A stretch of DNA of 63,650 nt, the filler included, from Collodictyon triciliatum (taxonomy: Eukaryota): the NCBI GenBank assembly GCA_043381765.1. It is 4 parts of 4 records of this genome, joined end to end, with 100 filler letters (N's around TTAATTAATTAA, not from the genome) between each part and the next. Parts side by side here need not be neighbours in the genome. Positions count along the whole stretch, not along the records: positions 17,191 to 31,847 come from JBHJMP010001489.1; positions 31,948 to 49,004 come from JBHJMP010001491.1; 2 more parts are not named here. One strand, given 5' to 3'. Position numbers and translations under genes: made by a program. Below the pieces are notes generated by a model, which did no database searches, had not been told where the DNA came from, and was given only the letters and a program-made list of their open reading frames with translations. Positions 23,884 to 35,400 of the stretch are shown here, in pieces. Numbering within the stretch: the first letter of the stretch is position 1; each line of letters begins with the position of its first letter.

Positions 23884-26800
23884 TCAGAAGCGCCGCAACG
23901 CCTCTGCAGCCTCCTCATGGCCCAGACCGGCAGCAGCCTGGAAGCACTCGCGAGCCTTGTCTCCCCTTCTGGCGAGCCCGCCCAAGCCCCGCTCGTGGAA
24001 GCGCCCGAGGGCAAAGAGCGCGTCAGCCTGGGCCTGGTCTGCGGCCTTCTCGTACCAGATGCGCGCCTGGCCCAAGTCCACCGGGACGCCCAAACCCTGC
24101 TCATAGCACTGCGCAAGCGCCGCCTGCCCGTCGCCGTCGCCCAGCCGGGCAGCCTGCGTGAAGCATTCCACGGCCCGGTCAAAGTCCAGCGCAACAGCCT
24201 CCGGCCCGCCTCCTTCGCCCTCCTCTCCGTCCCGATACATGCTGCCCATGGCCGTCCACGCGTGCGCACATCCGAGCTGCCCGGCCTTTGCGAACCACGC
24301 GAGCGCCGACCGCGGGTCTCTGCGCGTCTCCCTGCCGCCAGGTGCAAGATGGAGCTGCCCCAAAGAGCACATGGACTCGGCATGGTTCTGCTCGATGGCC
24401 TTGCGGTACCACATCTCGGCAGCCGCGGGGTCGGGCAGGCCGTCCTTGGTTCCCTCTCCAGACGCGTGCATCAGCCCGGCCATGTGCTGCGCATCGGCAT
24501 AGCCCTGGTCTGCGGCCTGCAGATACCAATGCAAAGCCCTCGCGTGGTCGGCCGCGACGCCTTCGCCTGCGTAGTACAGGTTGCCCAGCGAGTACTGGGC
24601 CTGTGTGTGGCTGCGGTCGGCCGCCTTCTGCAGCCAGCGGAACGCCTCGGTCAGGTCTGGCTGCACGGGGTTTGTGTCCTGGTCCGATGCGCTGCGTCCG
24701 CCATACATGCCCGCAATCGCATAGAAAGCATCTGCAAGGCTGTGCTCGGCCGCCTTGAGATACCACTTGAGCGCCTCGGCTGAGTTGAGCTCTCCGCCCT
24801 CACCGCTGAGCCAGATGTCGCCAATGGCCTTGAGTGAGGGTGCGTGGCTCTGCTCGGCCGCCTTTGCATACCACTCCAGTGCATCCGTGATGCTGGCCTC
24901 CACCCCTTCGCCGTAGTGATACATGCGTCCGAGTGCGTGTTGTGCCCCGCTGTGGCCTTGCTCTGCTGCCAGGATAAAGTAGTTGAGCGACTCCATAAAA
25001 TTTTGTTCCACACCACAGCCGCTCGCATACATCTGTCCGAGACGGAATCGTGCCTCGTCATCGTCCTGCTCGGCTGCCAGGAGAAAGAGATTCACAGCTT
25101 GCTCAGGACTGGCACTGTTGACCCCGATTCCGCTGGCGTACATCTCCCCAAGGAGCCTCTGGAACACACCCAGCTTGGAAGCTGCAAGCTGGCGCACGAT
25201 TCCTTGCGCATATACCGAATTGGCTTCCACAGCTTTCCACAGCCATCTTGCAGAGTCAGCAAGGTCGGTTTCGCCTCCTTTTCCTTTGAAGCAAAAATCA
25301 GCCAGCTCCAGATAGCCAAGGGGGTCCGCACATGATGACTCCCGCATCACTCTTGCAAGTGTCTCACACGCACGCAAACTACCCAAGCGGGTTCCTTTTA
25401 TCAACCAGTTCAAGGCTATCGGATCCCCTTGGCAGGCTGCTTGTTCAACGCGTTCAAATAGTTGACCAGAATATCCGGCGCTATTTGCATCCGTAATTTC
25501 CTTCTCACTCCAAGAGGCGAGATGCAAGCATTGCCCAGCCGTGGCTAAACCGCCAAAGCAGTGTTTTCGAAGTCTTTGTCTGGCAACTATTGCACCCTCC
25601 CACATCAACACTAACGTGTTTGACTTTGTCAGGTTTTGTGAACTCTCCACCACAGAATCCATGGCATGAAGCTCAATCAACCCTGCTCGCCATACGAGAT
25701 TCATTTCCCATTTCATGCGACACAATTTAGTTGCTTCTTTTTCATTCTCGGCAGTGGATGCATCAAATGCGCCAGACATTCGAATTCTCTCGGAGGACTT
25801 GATTGATGTTGATAAAGAGGTATCTGTTGCACGCGCCTTGGACTTTCGTTGTGTTTTGTCCCATTCATTGCCTGTGTCCATGAGGCGAAGGGCAATGTCC
25901 ACCAATATCTCATCGACAGTTTCAAACATATCATGAATCTGAATGCAAGAGACAAGGAAGCATGTCATATGATGCTTTGAAATACAAAACAAATAGCTGG
26001 AGTTTGACGATGATAAACATTTGCTGCTATGTATCGAGTTAATTATGTTGTGATGAGGTTGTTGGTAGTCCAACAAGGTTTTGCTTCTAAGCGAATATAA
26101 ACGAAGGGTGCAGTCGTTTGCGGACGATGCAATCAAACAATCTCCATTCTCATGATTGAACGTGCAAATGCTTCTCACCCCAAAGTGATTTTCTGGGAAT
26201 GTGTAAGCCAATTTCATGCACCTTGCATCAATCACTTGAATTTTGCCATCTTTCCCTCCTGATATTATCATAGGCTCGTTCTCGTTGGCTAAGGAAAACG
26301 TCAACGCTTGAACAGGACCTTGGTGGGCGTCGATTGTTCTAACAGCAGTTTTTTTGGCAATATCCCAGATGCAGAGCTTGCCAGTATCAGACCCTATGAC
26401 TAGGATTGCTCCCGTTTGTTCAGTGCTGAACATCGCACAACACGTTGTATTTCCAAATGGACTTTTTTTGATCTCGCTCATTGCTCCATTCTGCTGTATG
26501 TGAAGAAATATATTCCCATCTACATCCACTACAACAATCGTTTCAAATATTGATTGCACACTTGTAGAGGAAACGGATTTCTCACCATCAGCTACCCCAG
26601 GTAGAAAAGTAATCCCAATAAAGACAACTTTTCGAAGTCCCTCCTGAAGGATAACAACTTTTTCTTTTGTCCTCAAACTCAACTGAACAATCTTGTTGGT
26701 CGATGATGCTGCCAGAACAATATATTCCCCTGATTTGTGGTATGATGTCAAATGTATGATAGAGGCAGAGTCTAGCTTGATATTATCCATCTCATCCCCT

Positions 26801-29800
26801 GTTTGGGCTTCAAACACTGAAATAGAGCCATCTTCGTATCCAATCAGCATGATATGATTGGTCTTGGCCAGTGGGACTAAATGTGATGATGTTATAACAC
26901 GCGTCTGACGAACCAATGATCGAATAATCGTATCATTAAAATCATACCAAAATTCGACACTCCCATCCGCTTTTCCAGCTATAAATACCACAGATGAATC
27001 ATTCATCCTAATTTTTTCATAACATGTGATTTCTTGTATTCTTGTTGGAAGCGTAATTAATTTGGCCTTTTTTTCATAGTCCCAAATGTGAATGCTTTCC
27101 TCTTCATCCTGAACAACACAAAATATCGACCCGTCTGCAGAACTTTGGATGAAGGTGGGAAAGAACTTCAGTAAAGACAAATCCAACTCATCCATTTTGG
27201 TTCCATCGAGTCCATTCCACTTTGAAATGATTACATTATCCCCAACTGTCAAAAGGTATGCAGCGTGGTTGATGTAGAGCTCTTGACTAAAATCAGGCAT
27301 AGGATTGGTCGTGACGCTGTTCCTTAATTTTTTGTCATACACAACATCTAGCTGGCGAATAATAGAGGAAATTTGGATGCTCTTAACCGCAGAATAATCT
27401 GCGCAGTTCCATATATTAAACTTCTTGTCATCCCCAGATGAGGCTATGAACGACCCAGTGTCATCGATATTGTACCAGGCTAAACAAGTCACGCCACCTT
27501 TATGTGCTTCCAAAGAGTGGGATTCTGTGCTATCAGAAAGGTTCCATACCTTAATGAAGCCGTCAATGCTACCCGAGCAGAACCTCGTTGGAGGGCTCTT
27601 TGTAGAATCTAGTGCGATGCATGATACCGCACCTGAATGACCAATATATGACTGGATCAATGAACTTGATGCAACATCCCATAAGTGTACCACCCGATCA
27701 CGACTTCCAGATAACAGGCAGTTTTGCTCATTCGGTCCAAACAAGTGTTTAATAACAACAACTTCTCCAGCATGTGCACGCAGATTAGCCACTGTTTCTC
27801 CCGTCTCAAGGTCCCAAACAGTAATATCTTTATCTGCAGTACCAGATGCGATACACCACACTCCAAAAACGCTCTTAAAGGGACACAGGCAATTGATTCT
27901 GGATTCATGTATTTTGATTTCTTTTGTAACTCCAAACCTGGCTCCGTCTAGGTTAGCATTCTCAAAATTGGATTCTTGGATAAAAGCATTCTCAAAGTTC
28001 ACATGACATAAATTGGCTGATGTGAAGTTCACTCGATGGAAATTTGCCCCACTCAAGTCTGCAAAGGGAATTCTAATGTCAGATAAATCTTTTCCTTGGA
28101 AGTTGTGTCCTGAATAGCTTAATATGGTTATTGCATTGGAAGCTATTGTTTCAAAATCGGCATTTTTTCTGGAGAGTAGAATACAATTAAATAAATGAGA
28201 TTGTAAAACGCGGTCATCCCTTGCTCGGTCAGCAATCAGCTTCATTTCTGTGTATCTGAGGGTCGTAGAGAGAATGTGAAATCCCTGAATTCTCGAGGTA
28301 TTTTCTTTGTTTTCTGCATTTATTGGGCCTAGCTGAGCCTCATTCAACGTCCAATACTGAGATAATGGTGCATAATTTTGAAGATGAGATAGTATCAATC
28401 CATGCTCAGATACATAATTTTTGGAAATCAAATCACAAATCAATAAACTAATGAAATATGAATGCAACAGTGGATGAATAAATTCAATGTACCCATCAGG
28501 TCTGGAATGAAGCATCAAATTTTCAACAAAAAATGAAAGGAGTGAAGATTTTGCATGAATTACAACTGGATTTTTACATGTTTTTTGAGTTTGAAATGGT
28601 GAATCAAGTGCGCAAAGAATTTCAATCGAACTATCATCCTCACTCTTTGGTTGTACACCAAAGTAAGGGGGGCTCTGGTCGTGGCATACATATGCAAATA
28701 CCTTTGACCAATCACTACATATACTCGTACCATAGCCACCATCATCAACGTGACCTTTCGATTCTGAAGTCCTAGTTTTCAAAAGGCTTGGTCGAGATGA
28801 AAAGTACCAGCCTTTGTAGATGTCAAAAATCTCAATAGCGTGTATAGGGCGTTGATAATCATAAGACGTTGTGTTGGACAGTGTCATGTAATTTTCTAAT
28901 GCGCTCATGAACATCGTGATATGAAAAGGAAGGCACAGGATGCGTTCAAAAGCTCGTAAGAGATTTATGTCAAAGTCCTCGTGCGAAGAAAGGATATCAT
29001 TCCGAGAAAGGAGCTCATTTATGTTTTTTTCGTCCCAGGGAGCCATCAAATATGTATGCTCACAGTCAAAGTCAGCGTGAGTATATCTACAGCCCAATTT
29101 AGGCATTTTGAGATGGCCTAAAATTTCATGTGCTTCATTTGTGAGTAAGAGTATCTTGTAATCAAAACCTTGCATAGTGTCGATGAGCTCCGACCATACG
29201 TTTCTTAAAAATTCACCATCTCGATCAAGAATAATTACAAAGAACCTTCCTCTGTTCAAATCTTGCTCTATAAATTCGGTTTCAATTCCCAAGTGGGCAG
29301 ACACCAGATTCAGGAGATATTTTAGAATATCATGGAAAGAAAATATTGTATCAAATTCCAGCAAACTACAGTCAAGTGGAATCGGGAACCTTTTTCCTGG
29401 ACTCCACTCCAATAATATGTTTTGAAACAATAATGTGGCCAGGGTAGTCTTTCCAGAACCATATGGTCCGCGAACAAGCATATGTTTGGAATCAGATTTT
29501 AGAAACATGTGAATGGAGTCCATAGCCTTGACACGGCTCATAACTCGCAAGCTAAGGAGTTCGGCATCCAAAAAGAGTCTCTTCTTTTCTTGAAAAAAGG
29601 GATGATTAGCAAGTTTATCTACAACCTCAAAACAAATCTCATCCATAGGTGATATATTCATGCATTTTGAAAATATTTCGCTTTCAGATGAAATAACAAA
29701 GCGCCTGGAGTAAGATTTCAGTGAATCAGACTGCAAAAGCTTCTTTTTCATGATATTTGATAGGTGCTCGTCCTGCTTTGCGTGTATCTCAAGTTTGGAA

Positions 29801-31680
29801 TAAATACGGGTAAGAGGTATAGATATTGCCGGATTTTCATGCTTACTAAGACTGTAAATCGCATCTAGAACAAATTCCCTGAAAGATTCACTTTCAACCC
29901 ATAACTGAGGGCGATAAACCATGACAGATAGAAAATGACCCAGCGATGATGCAAGGTCTTCGTTCGTGTAAACTTCAATCATTTCAATTACTGAAAGAAC
30001 CATGTTTGTAGACAACCCTGTACTTCTGCGATTTAGACACTCATCCAAGAGAAAGCGCTCAAAAGCTAGAAACTGGTGACTGTGTAAGTAGAATAAAGCG
30101 GTTTTGAGGTCCACGAACCATGTCTGGGTATTTGACTGCGCATCCAGATAGCTCAAAAAGTCATCCTGAATACCTTTTAGCGATGATATGTTTGGGTATT
30201 GTTGAAACCGAACCAGGGAGCTCAGACCCATACACAAAGGCTTTGATGATATCGATAATGAGGTGGATGAGCTTCCTTCAGCTTCGATCAAATTTAATGA
30301 TTCTAAAGATAGAGATGCTGATGATGTTATTCCGTAATCTGTTAGGGATAGGCACTTGGCTATGTGAGAAGACCAAGTTCGCCTTGTTTCTACGGGAATG
30401 TGGTGAATATTTAAGAAACTGATCAGCGATATAATATTGAATGTGGACGTCAATGTAACAAAAAGAACGTCACGCAAGTCTGAGGGGTCATCAATAGATG
30501 TAAAATCTTGAATATAAGCCATCTGAGAATCAACAAGTTGTATCATCGATTTAAAATGAGAGACGGTTAAATGCTCCGGTAGTGCCCACGAGATGATATA
30601 TTCAATAGCCCTCATGATGTAACTCACAGATTTTTTTTCAGAAACAGAAAACTCCTTTGCATTGGTTAAGCTCATGGCTTCTTTGATATAGACATCTAAG
30701 ACGCTGCATATAATCAACGGATGGTTAGCCTCTCCCAAACAGCATAATTCCATTATATCACCCGCTTGGAACCCACCTAGTCTACCAAATAGCCGTATGA
30801 CTTTCAAGGCAATTGCTACATAGCCCTCACCCTTTGGGGAATTTACATTATTGTTGACCAATTGAGCAAGCTGCAAAATCGAAGTGGGCGACTGAGCTGT
30901 GGAGACACGCGAGCGATTTATGCGTAACTCGATATCTGAAGAGAAAGCAGGGATAGAAGGGTCCTTAGCTAGGAGGGACGACAAAAGAGGAGATTTCACA
31001 GTCGTAATCATCGGAGAAGGATGTGCTGGACCTGCTGTTGATGGTGCGTGCCCTGAAGCACCACTTGCATTTCCTCTATTGCTGGAAATGCCACTCAGCG
31101 AGTTCCATGATGCATTATGACTTGTTGTCCCTTTTGGATTGTCTTGTTTTATTTCCTGTTCGATGAAAGTTCGATGAACACTTGATTGGGATTGCTTTGT
31201 ACCTTTTTGCTGACTTACATCTTGTGGTAATATAGCTTCCTGTGGCGCTACAGCTTGTGTATTGGACTTTGATATGCAATGCCCCCCACCGTAGAGCCCA
31301 GCGTTTCGATATGAAAAATGCAATCGGATGGGCATGCTGTAGCTAATTGGTTTCTTTTCTCGCTCACATTTGTTGATATTAAGATTCACCGGCCGAGTTT
31401 CATGGCGGTCTCTGCCTTTGCATGTTGTCATAAATGATACTATGTACATATCAAGTGGGATATATTGCAAGTACGCCAGGAAGCTTTCAAGGGTTTCATC
31501 GTTGATTTGGTGGTTCGTGTTACTTTGTACAAATTCTGATAGCCTTCCCTCAATAGTCACAACCCCATCAACCCAGCACTCATCACGAGACAAGCGTATC
31601 TTTACGCAACATCCATGACCCGCGGTGCCGGTACCGATGAAAATATCACCAAACGGAAGGTGAAATACTTTTTTCTTCAT
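23884..31680 (-). CDS. NLR-like STAND protein: helical region, NACHT-like NTPase, pentapeptide repeats, WD40 repeats, 12 Sel1-like repeats; single 7.8-kb ORF
   Basis: Walker A LVRGPYGSGKTT (about 29443-29469), Walker B-like FVIILDRDGE, IEFIHPLLHSYF, pentapeptides DLSDIRIPFADLSGANFHRVNFTSANL, WD40 units (GHSGAVSCIA...SGSIDGFIKVWN; AHQGPVQAL...SGGKDGKIQV) and Sel1 units (AQYSLGNLYYAGEGVAADHARALHWYLQAADQG). Confidence 0.9.
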   Translation of the reverse strand: MKKKVFHLPFGDIFIGTGTAGHGCCVKIRLSRDECWVDGVVTIEGRLSEFVQSNTNHQINDETLESFLAYLQYIPLDMYIVSFMTTCKGRDRHETRPVNLNINKCEREKKPISYSMPIRLHFSYRNAGLYGGGHCISKSNTQAVAPQEAILPQDVSQQKGTKQSQSSVHRTFIEQEIKQDNPKGTTSHNASWNSLSGISSNRGNASGASGHAPSTAGPAHPSPMITTVKSPLLSSLLAKDPSIPAFSSDIELRINRSRVSTAQSPTSILQLAQLVNNNVNSPKGEGYVAIALKVIRLFGRLGGFQAGDIMELCCLGEANHPLIICSVLDVYIKEAMSLTNAKEFSVSEKKSVSYIMRAIEYIISWALPEHLTVSHFKSMIQLVDSQMAYIQDFTSIDDPSDLRDVLFVTLTSTFNIISLISFLNIHHIPVETRRTWSSHIAKCLSLTDYGITSSASLSLESLNLIEAEGSSSTSLSISSKPLCMGLSSLVRFQQYPNISSLKGIQDDFLSYLDAQSNTQTWFVDLKTALFYLHSHQFLAFERFLLDECLNRRSTGLSTNMVLSVIEMIEVYTNEDLASSLGHFLSVMVYRPQLWVESESFREFVLDAIYSLSKHENPAISIPLTRIYSKLEIHAKQDEHLSNIMKKKLLQSDSLKSYSRRFVISSESEIFSKCMNISPMDEICFEVVDKLANHPFFQEKKRLFLDAELLSLRVMSRVKAMDSIHMFLKSDSKHMLVRGPYGSGKTTLATLLFQNILLEWSPGKRFPIPLDCSLLEFDTIFSFHDILKYLLNLVSAHLGIETEFIEQDLNRGRFFVIILDRDGEFLRNVWSELIDTMQGFDYKILLLTNEAHEILGHLKMPKLGCRYTHADFDCEHTYLMAPWDEKNINELLSRNDILSSHEDFDINLLRAFERILCLPFHITMFMSALENYMTLSNTTSYDYQRPIHAIEIFDIYKGWYFSSRPSLLKTRTSESKGHVDDGGYGTSICSDWSKVFAYVCHDQSPPYFGVQPKSEDDSSIEILCALDSPFQTQKTCKNPVVIHAKSSLLSFFVENLMLHSRPDGYIEFIHPLLHSYFISLLICDLISKNYVSEHGLILSHLQNYAPLSQYWTLNEAQLGPINAENKENTSRIQGFHILSTTLRYTEMKLIADRARDDRVLQSHLFNCILLSRKNADFETIASNAITILSYSGHNFQGKDLSDIRIPFADLSGANFHRVNFTSANLCHVNFENAFIQESNFENANLDGARFGVTKEIKIHESRINCLCPFKSVFGVWCIASGTADKDITVWDLETGETVANLRAHAGEVVVIKHLFGPNEQNCLLSGSRDRVVHLWDVASSSLIQSYIGHSGAVSCIALDSTKSPPTRFCSGSIDGFIKVWNLSDSTESHSLEAHKGGVTCLAWYNIDDTGSFIASSGDDKKFNIWNCADYSAVKSIQISSIIRQLDVVYDKKLRNSVTTNPMPDFSQELYINHAAYLLTVGDNVIISKWNGLDGTKMDELDLSLLKFFPTFIQSSADGSIFCVVQDEEESIHIWDYEKKAKLITLPTRIQEITCYEKIRMNDSSVVFIAGKADGSVEFWYDFNDTIIRSLVRQTRVITSSHLVPLAKTNHIMLIGYEDGSISVFEAQTGDEMDNIKLDSASIIHLTSYHKSGEYIVLAASSTNKIVQLSLRTKEKVVILQEGLRKVVFIGITFLPGVADGEKSVSSTSVQSIFETIVVVDVDGNIFLHIQQNGAMSEIKKSPFGNTTCCAMFSTEQTGAILVIGSDTGKLCIWDIAKKTAVRTIDAHQGPVQALTFSLANENEPMIISGGKDGKIQVIDARCMKLAYTFPENHFGVRSICTFNHENGDCLIASSANDCTLRLYSLRSKTLLDYQQPHHNIINSIHSSKCLSSSNSSYLFCISKHHMTCFLVSCIQIHDMFETVDEILVDIALRLMDTGNEWDKTQRKSKARATDTSLSTSIKSSERIRMSGAFDASTAENEKEATKLCRMKWEMNLVWRAGLIELHAMDSVVESSQNLTKSNTLVLMWEGAIVARQRLRKHCFGGLATAGQCLHLASWSEKEITDANSAGYSGQLFERVEQAACQGDPIALNWLIKGTRLGSLRACETLARVMRESSCADPLGYLELADFCFKGKGGETDLADSARWLWKAVEANSVYAQGIVRQLAASKLGVFQRLLGEMYASGIGVNSASPEQAVNLFLLAAEQDDDEARFRLGQMYASGCGVEQNFMESLNYFILAAEQGHSGAQHALGRMYHYGEGVEASITDALEWYAKAAEQSHAPSLKAIGDIWLSGEGGELNSAEALKWYLKAAEHSLADAFYAIAGMYGGRSASDQDTNPVQPDLTEAFRWLQKAADRSHTQAQYSLGNLYYAGEGVAADHARALHWYLQAADQGYADAQHMAGLMHASGEGTKDGLPDPAAAEMWYRKAIEQNHAESMCSLGQLHLAPGGRETRRDPRSALAWFAKAGQLGCAHAWTAMGSMYRDGEEGEGGGPEAVALDFDRAVECFTQAARLGDGDGQAALAQCYEQGLGVPVDLGQARIWYEKAADQAQADALFALGRFHERGLGGLARRGDKARECFQAAAGLGHEEAAEALRRF

Positions 31681-31847
31681 GTCTTCCCGTGGCGGCTTAA
31701 CAGTATAATATCTGGAATTATTGATGATGTTCAGTGGCTCGTCTTTTGAATAACAGGGTTATAGCGAGTTACTGTAAAAAAAAAAAAAAAAAAAAAAAAA
31801 AGGAAACGAAAAAAAGGTTTTTTTTTTATCTTTTTTTTTATTTTTTT

Positions 31848-31947
31848 NNNNNNNNNNNNNNNNNNNNNNNNNNNNNNNNNNNNNNNNNNNNTTAATTAAT
31901 TAANNNNNNNNNNNNNNNNNNNNNNNNNNNNNNNNNNNNNNNNNNNN
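31848..31947. other. Artificial contig spacer
   Basis: N44-TTAATTAATTAA-N44. Confidence 0.97.
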
Positions 31948-31981
31948 AATAATAATAATAACGATAATAATAATGATAATG

Positions 31982-32016
<35 letters not shown>

Positions 32017-32059
32017 GATAATGATAATGATAATGATAATGATAATGATAATGATAATG

Positions 32060-32094
<35 letters not shown>

Positions 32095-32137
32095 GATAAT
32101 GATAATGATAATAATAACGATAATAATAATGATAATG

Positions 32138-32172
<35 letters not shown>

Positions 32173-32195
32173 GATAGATAATGATAATGATAATG

Positions 32196-32272
<77 letters not shown>

Positions 32273-32297
32273 GATAATGATAATGATAATAATAACG

Positions 32298-32332
<35 letters not shown>

Positions 32333-32410
32333 GATAATGATAATGATAATGATAATGATAATGATAATGATAATGATAATGATAATGATAATGATAATGA
32401 TAATGATAAT
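31948..32410. repeat. (AATGAT)n/(AAT)n microsatellite, probably inside a DNA ligase intron
   Basis: Imperfect hexamer repeat at the contig start, upstream of acceptor ATTAG|TCC at 32485. Confidence 0.9.
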
Positions 32411-32485
32411 TACAATAATTACAAAACGCAGCTCATTCTCCAAGATAATTTAATATAATCTTACCCGATGTACACTCCACATTAG

Positions 32486-35400
32486 TCCATGCAGAAGAAG
32501 CAGGATAAGATCAAAAAGTTGTTTGTATCTGCCCGCGATTGTGAGGTATAATTAAATAGTAAATTTGCATAAGAGGCTTCTAGTTTTATCATTTTAATTT
32601 CATTTTTACTTTTCGTATTGCACCAAAAGATTCGCTACCTTGTTCGGTCACTCGGAGGAAAGCTTCGAATTGGACTCGCTGAACCTTCTGTTCTTGTGGC
32701 ACTTGGACAGGCATTCACACTTACACCCAGTCAAAGTACGTAAAGTGTTGCAGGAAGCACCTTACTCTTTCGTCTCTCAATAGATTTATATGTGTGCTAC
32801 TTTTTTGATGGCTAACTTTGAACGGAAGGTGCTTTGTTGATTGGGATTGAATTTTATGTTGGTTCTCTTATCTTCTACATATTTATTGTTTCACGCGCAT
32901 GCGATTGCAATTTGATTGTTAATATTTTTTTCAACGAAAGCACAACACGACGCTGGAAAATCGATGAGTGTTTCGGATTTAGAAATTGCTCTAGAAAATG
33001 CCGTGAACATTGTTAAACAAGTATTCTAGTATTTTTAATTTATTTTCATTCGAAACGTTCAGAAGATAAATACATATGGGAACTCTTTTATATTATTTAT
33101 TACACATCTTGAGCATACTCTGAAATGTCTCAGTTGTGTGGATTTAATCGTATTCATACAAACTGAATTGAATGTTCTCTTCCATTCTAGGTATATCATG
33201 AAGTACCCTGCTATGAACAGATCATACCGGCACTTTTAGCTGGTGGAGTGACCCATTTGCGAGCCTCCTGCTACTTTACCCCAGGCGTGTTTAACATAAT
33301 ACTCAAATTTCTGTACACACAATTCTTGATAAAAGAAACATATTTTCACACCACTACTTTGGGACTTAATAGGTGTCCCTGTGAAACCTATGCTCGCAAA
33401 ACCCACGAAGGGGATTGGGGAGGTAATAATTTGCTCCGAATATGCTATTCATTATCTTAAGATATCTGCAATTTCTCTCTCCTTTTTGAAAAAAAAAAGA
33501 GAGAGAAAACATACAATAAAATATGCAATATACATCACTTTTATCGTTCTAACTTATTCGACTTTCAAAAAAAAATTATGAGAAGTTGACTCCGAATATT
33601 GAATAACTACGACTAAGTAATCTTAAAAATATAACTCTAGGCTCTGGACAGATTCTCTGACCTCCCATTCACATGCGAATTTAAATATGATGGAGAAAGA
33701 GCGCAGGTATTGATTTTTTCTACTTCTCTGGTCAGTTCAAAATATTATCTGATCATCATATCTCTTGAATATCCAACTAAATGTGAATGGCCTTCCTTCA
33801 AATCTCGTAGATTCACCTTCTTGACGATGGCACTGTCCGCATATATAGCCGCAATTCGGAAAACCTGACACCCAAGTATCCTGATATTATCAAACTTTTG
33901 CCGAAGGTTAACTTTTTTTGGTTATTTTTACTTTTCATTTCAATTTGACAAATATATTAATTCTTTATGTTTTACGCCGTGCTTTTTTTTCTTTCTTAAA
34001 AATAAATACCTATGTGGAGTGTCTGAATCGTCATTCTTATATAGATAACTCGAGAGGGTGTTAAATCATTTGTGCTGGACACAGAGGTGGTGGCCATTAA
34101 CAAAGACTCGAAGAAACTTATGCCTTTTCAAATTTTGTCTACACGTGCCCGCAAGGTCTAAAAAAATGGCTCACACACTATATTTCATTCAAATTGAATA
34201 CACCATTTAGATGTTTAATGCCTATATGTTTTCTGTTAAAAAATCAATCATGAGCAAAATAATTGAATTTTCCTCTTGCAAGCTTCATCTATCTGCAAAA
34301 AGTAACTTTTCGCCCTCTTCGCATCTATCTGTTAGCTCATCAAAATAATTATCTTAGGACGTGAAAATGGAAGACATCAAAGTTTCTGTTTGCCTTTATG
34401 GATTTGATTGTTTGTATATGGATGGAAAGGTAATATAATTATTCGACTTGCTAGTCGATAAATATTTTTAAGTATATTTAAAAATGATTTGGGTGGAACT
34501 TTTCTTTCATATTCTTTTATTAGTGCTTACTGCAAGAATCCCTCCGAAAACGTCGTGACATTTTGAGAGAAACATTCACAGAAATTGAGCATGAAGTAAG
34601 ACCTTTATTCATTACCTTTTCTTCTCCATTTTTTCTGGATTTCTCTGACCTTAGTATTTTTCTAATTTATGTAATATCTTTATGAATTTTTTGAAGTATT
34701 GGGCATCTTTAATTTTCCCTTTATATTCTTTAAAATTATTTCACTAGTTTTAATGAAACGTCTATCCATGAATAGTCAAAGATGAAGACTTGAATTGCGG
34801 CAACAAATGTAAACATATCCCATTTTTCCGATTAGTTTCGTTACGCCCAAAGTATGGATTCCAACGATGTCGAAGAAATCCAGCATTTCCTTCACGAAGC
34901 AATATCATCAAGTTGTGAGGGACTCATGGTACGAATGAAACGTGTAAAAGCAGAAAAGACTGAAATTTCTATCATTCATTATTATGTATGTCTTAAAATC
35001 GATTTCTTAAATTATTTCTTTAAACCCAAGGTCAAGACACTTGATGCTGATTCAACTTATGAACCATCAAAGCGCTCCCATAAATGGCTTAAGGTGAAAA
35101 AGGACTACTTGGACGGATTGGGCGATTCTTTTGACCTTGTTCCTATAGGTATACTTACACGAAAACAAGATGAATACTCCTTTCAAATAATTTGGATTGA
35201 TTGGGTGTAGTTCTCTTGAATCATCATCACCAATAACAATAGCAAGCTTCGCTGCTCTATTTGACTATTTATCTTAATGCTCAACATCCACGTTCAAAAA
35301 AAAGGCTATTTCATACAACGTTAGGTGCATATTATGGAAAGGGAAAGAGAACAGGAGTATTTGGTGCATATCTTCTTGCTTGTTATGATGAAGACAATGA

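Noticed and set aside
23804-25335. Long overlapping ORFs on both strands over the Sel1 region
   Set aside because: Expected shadows of a GC-rich coding region; no recognisable domains.
31680-32486. Divergent promoter shared by the STAND gene and LIG1
   Set aside because: An artificial spacer separates them, and LIG1 lacks its 5' exons.
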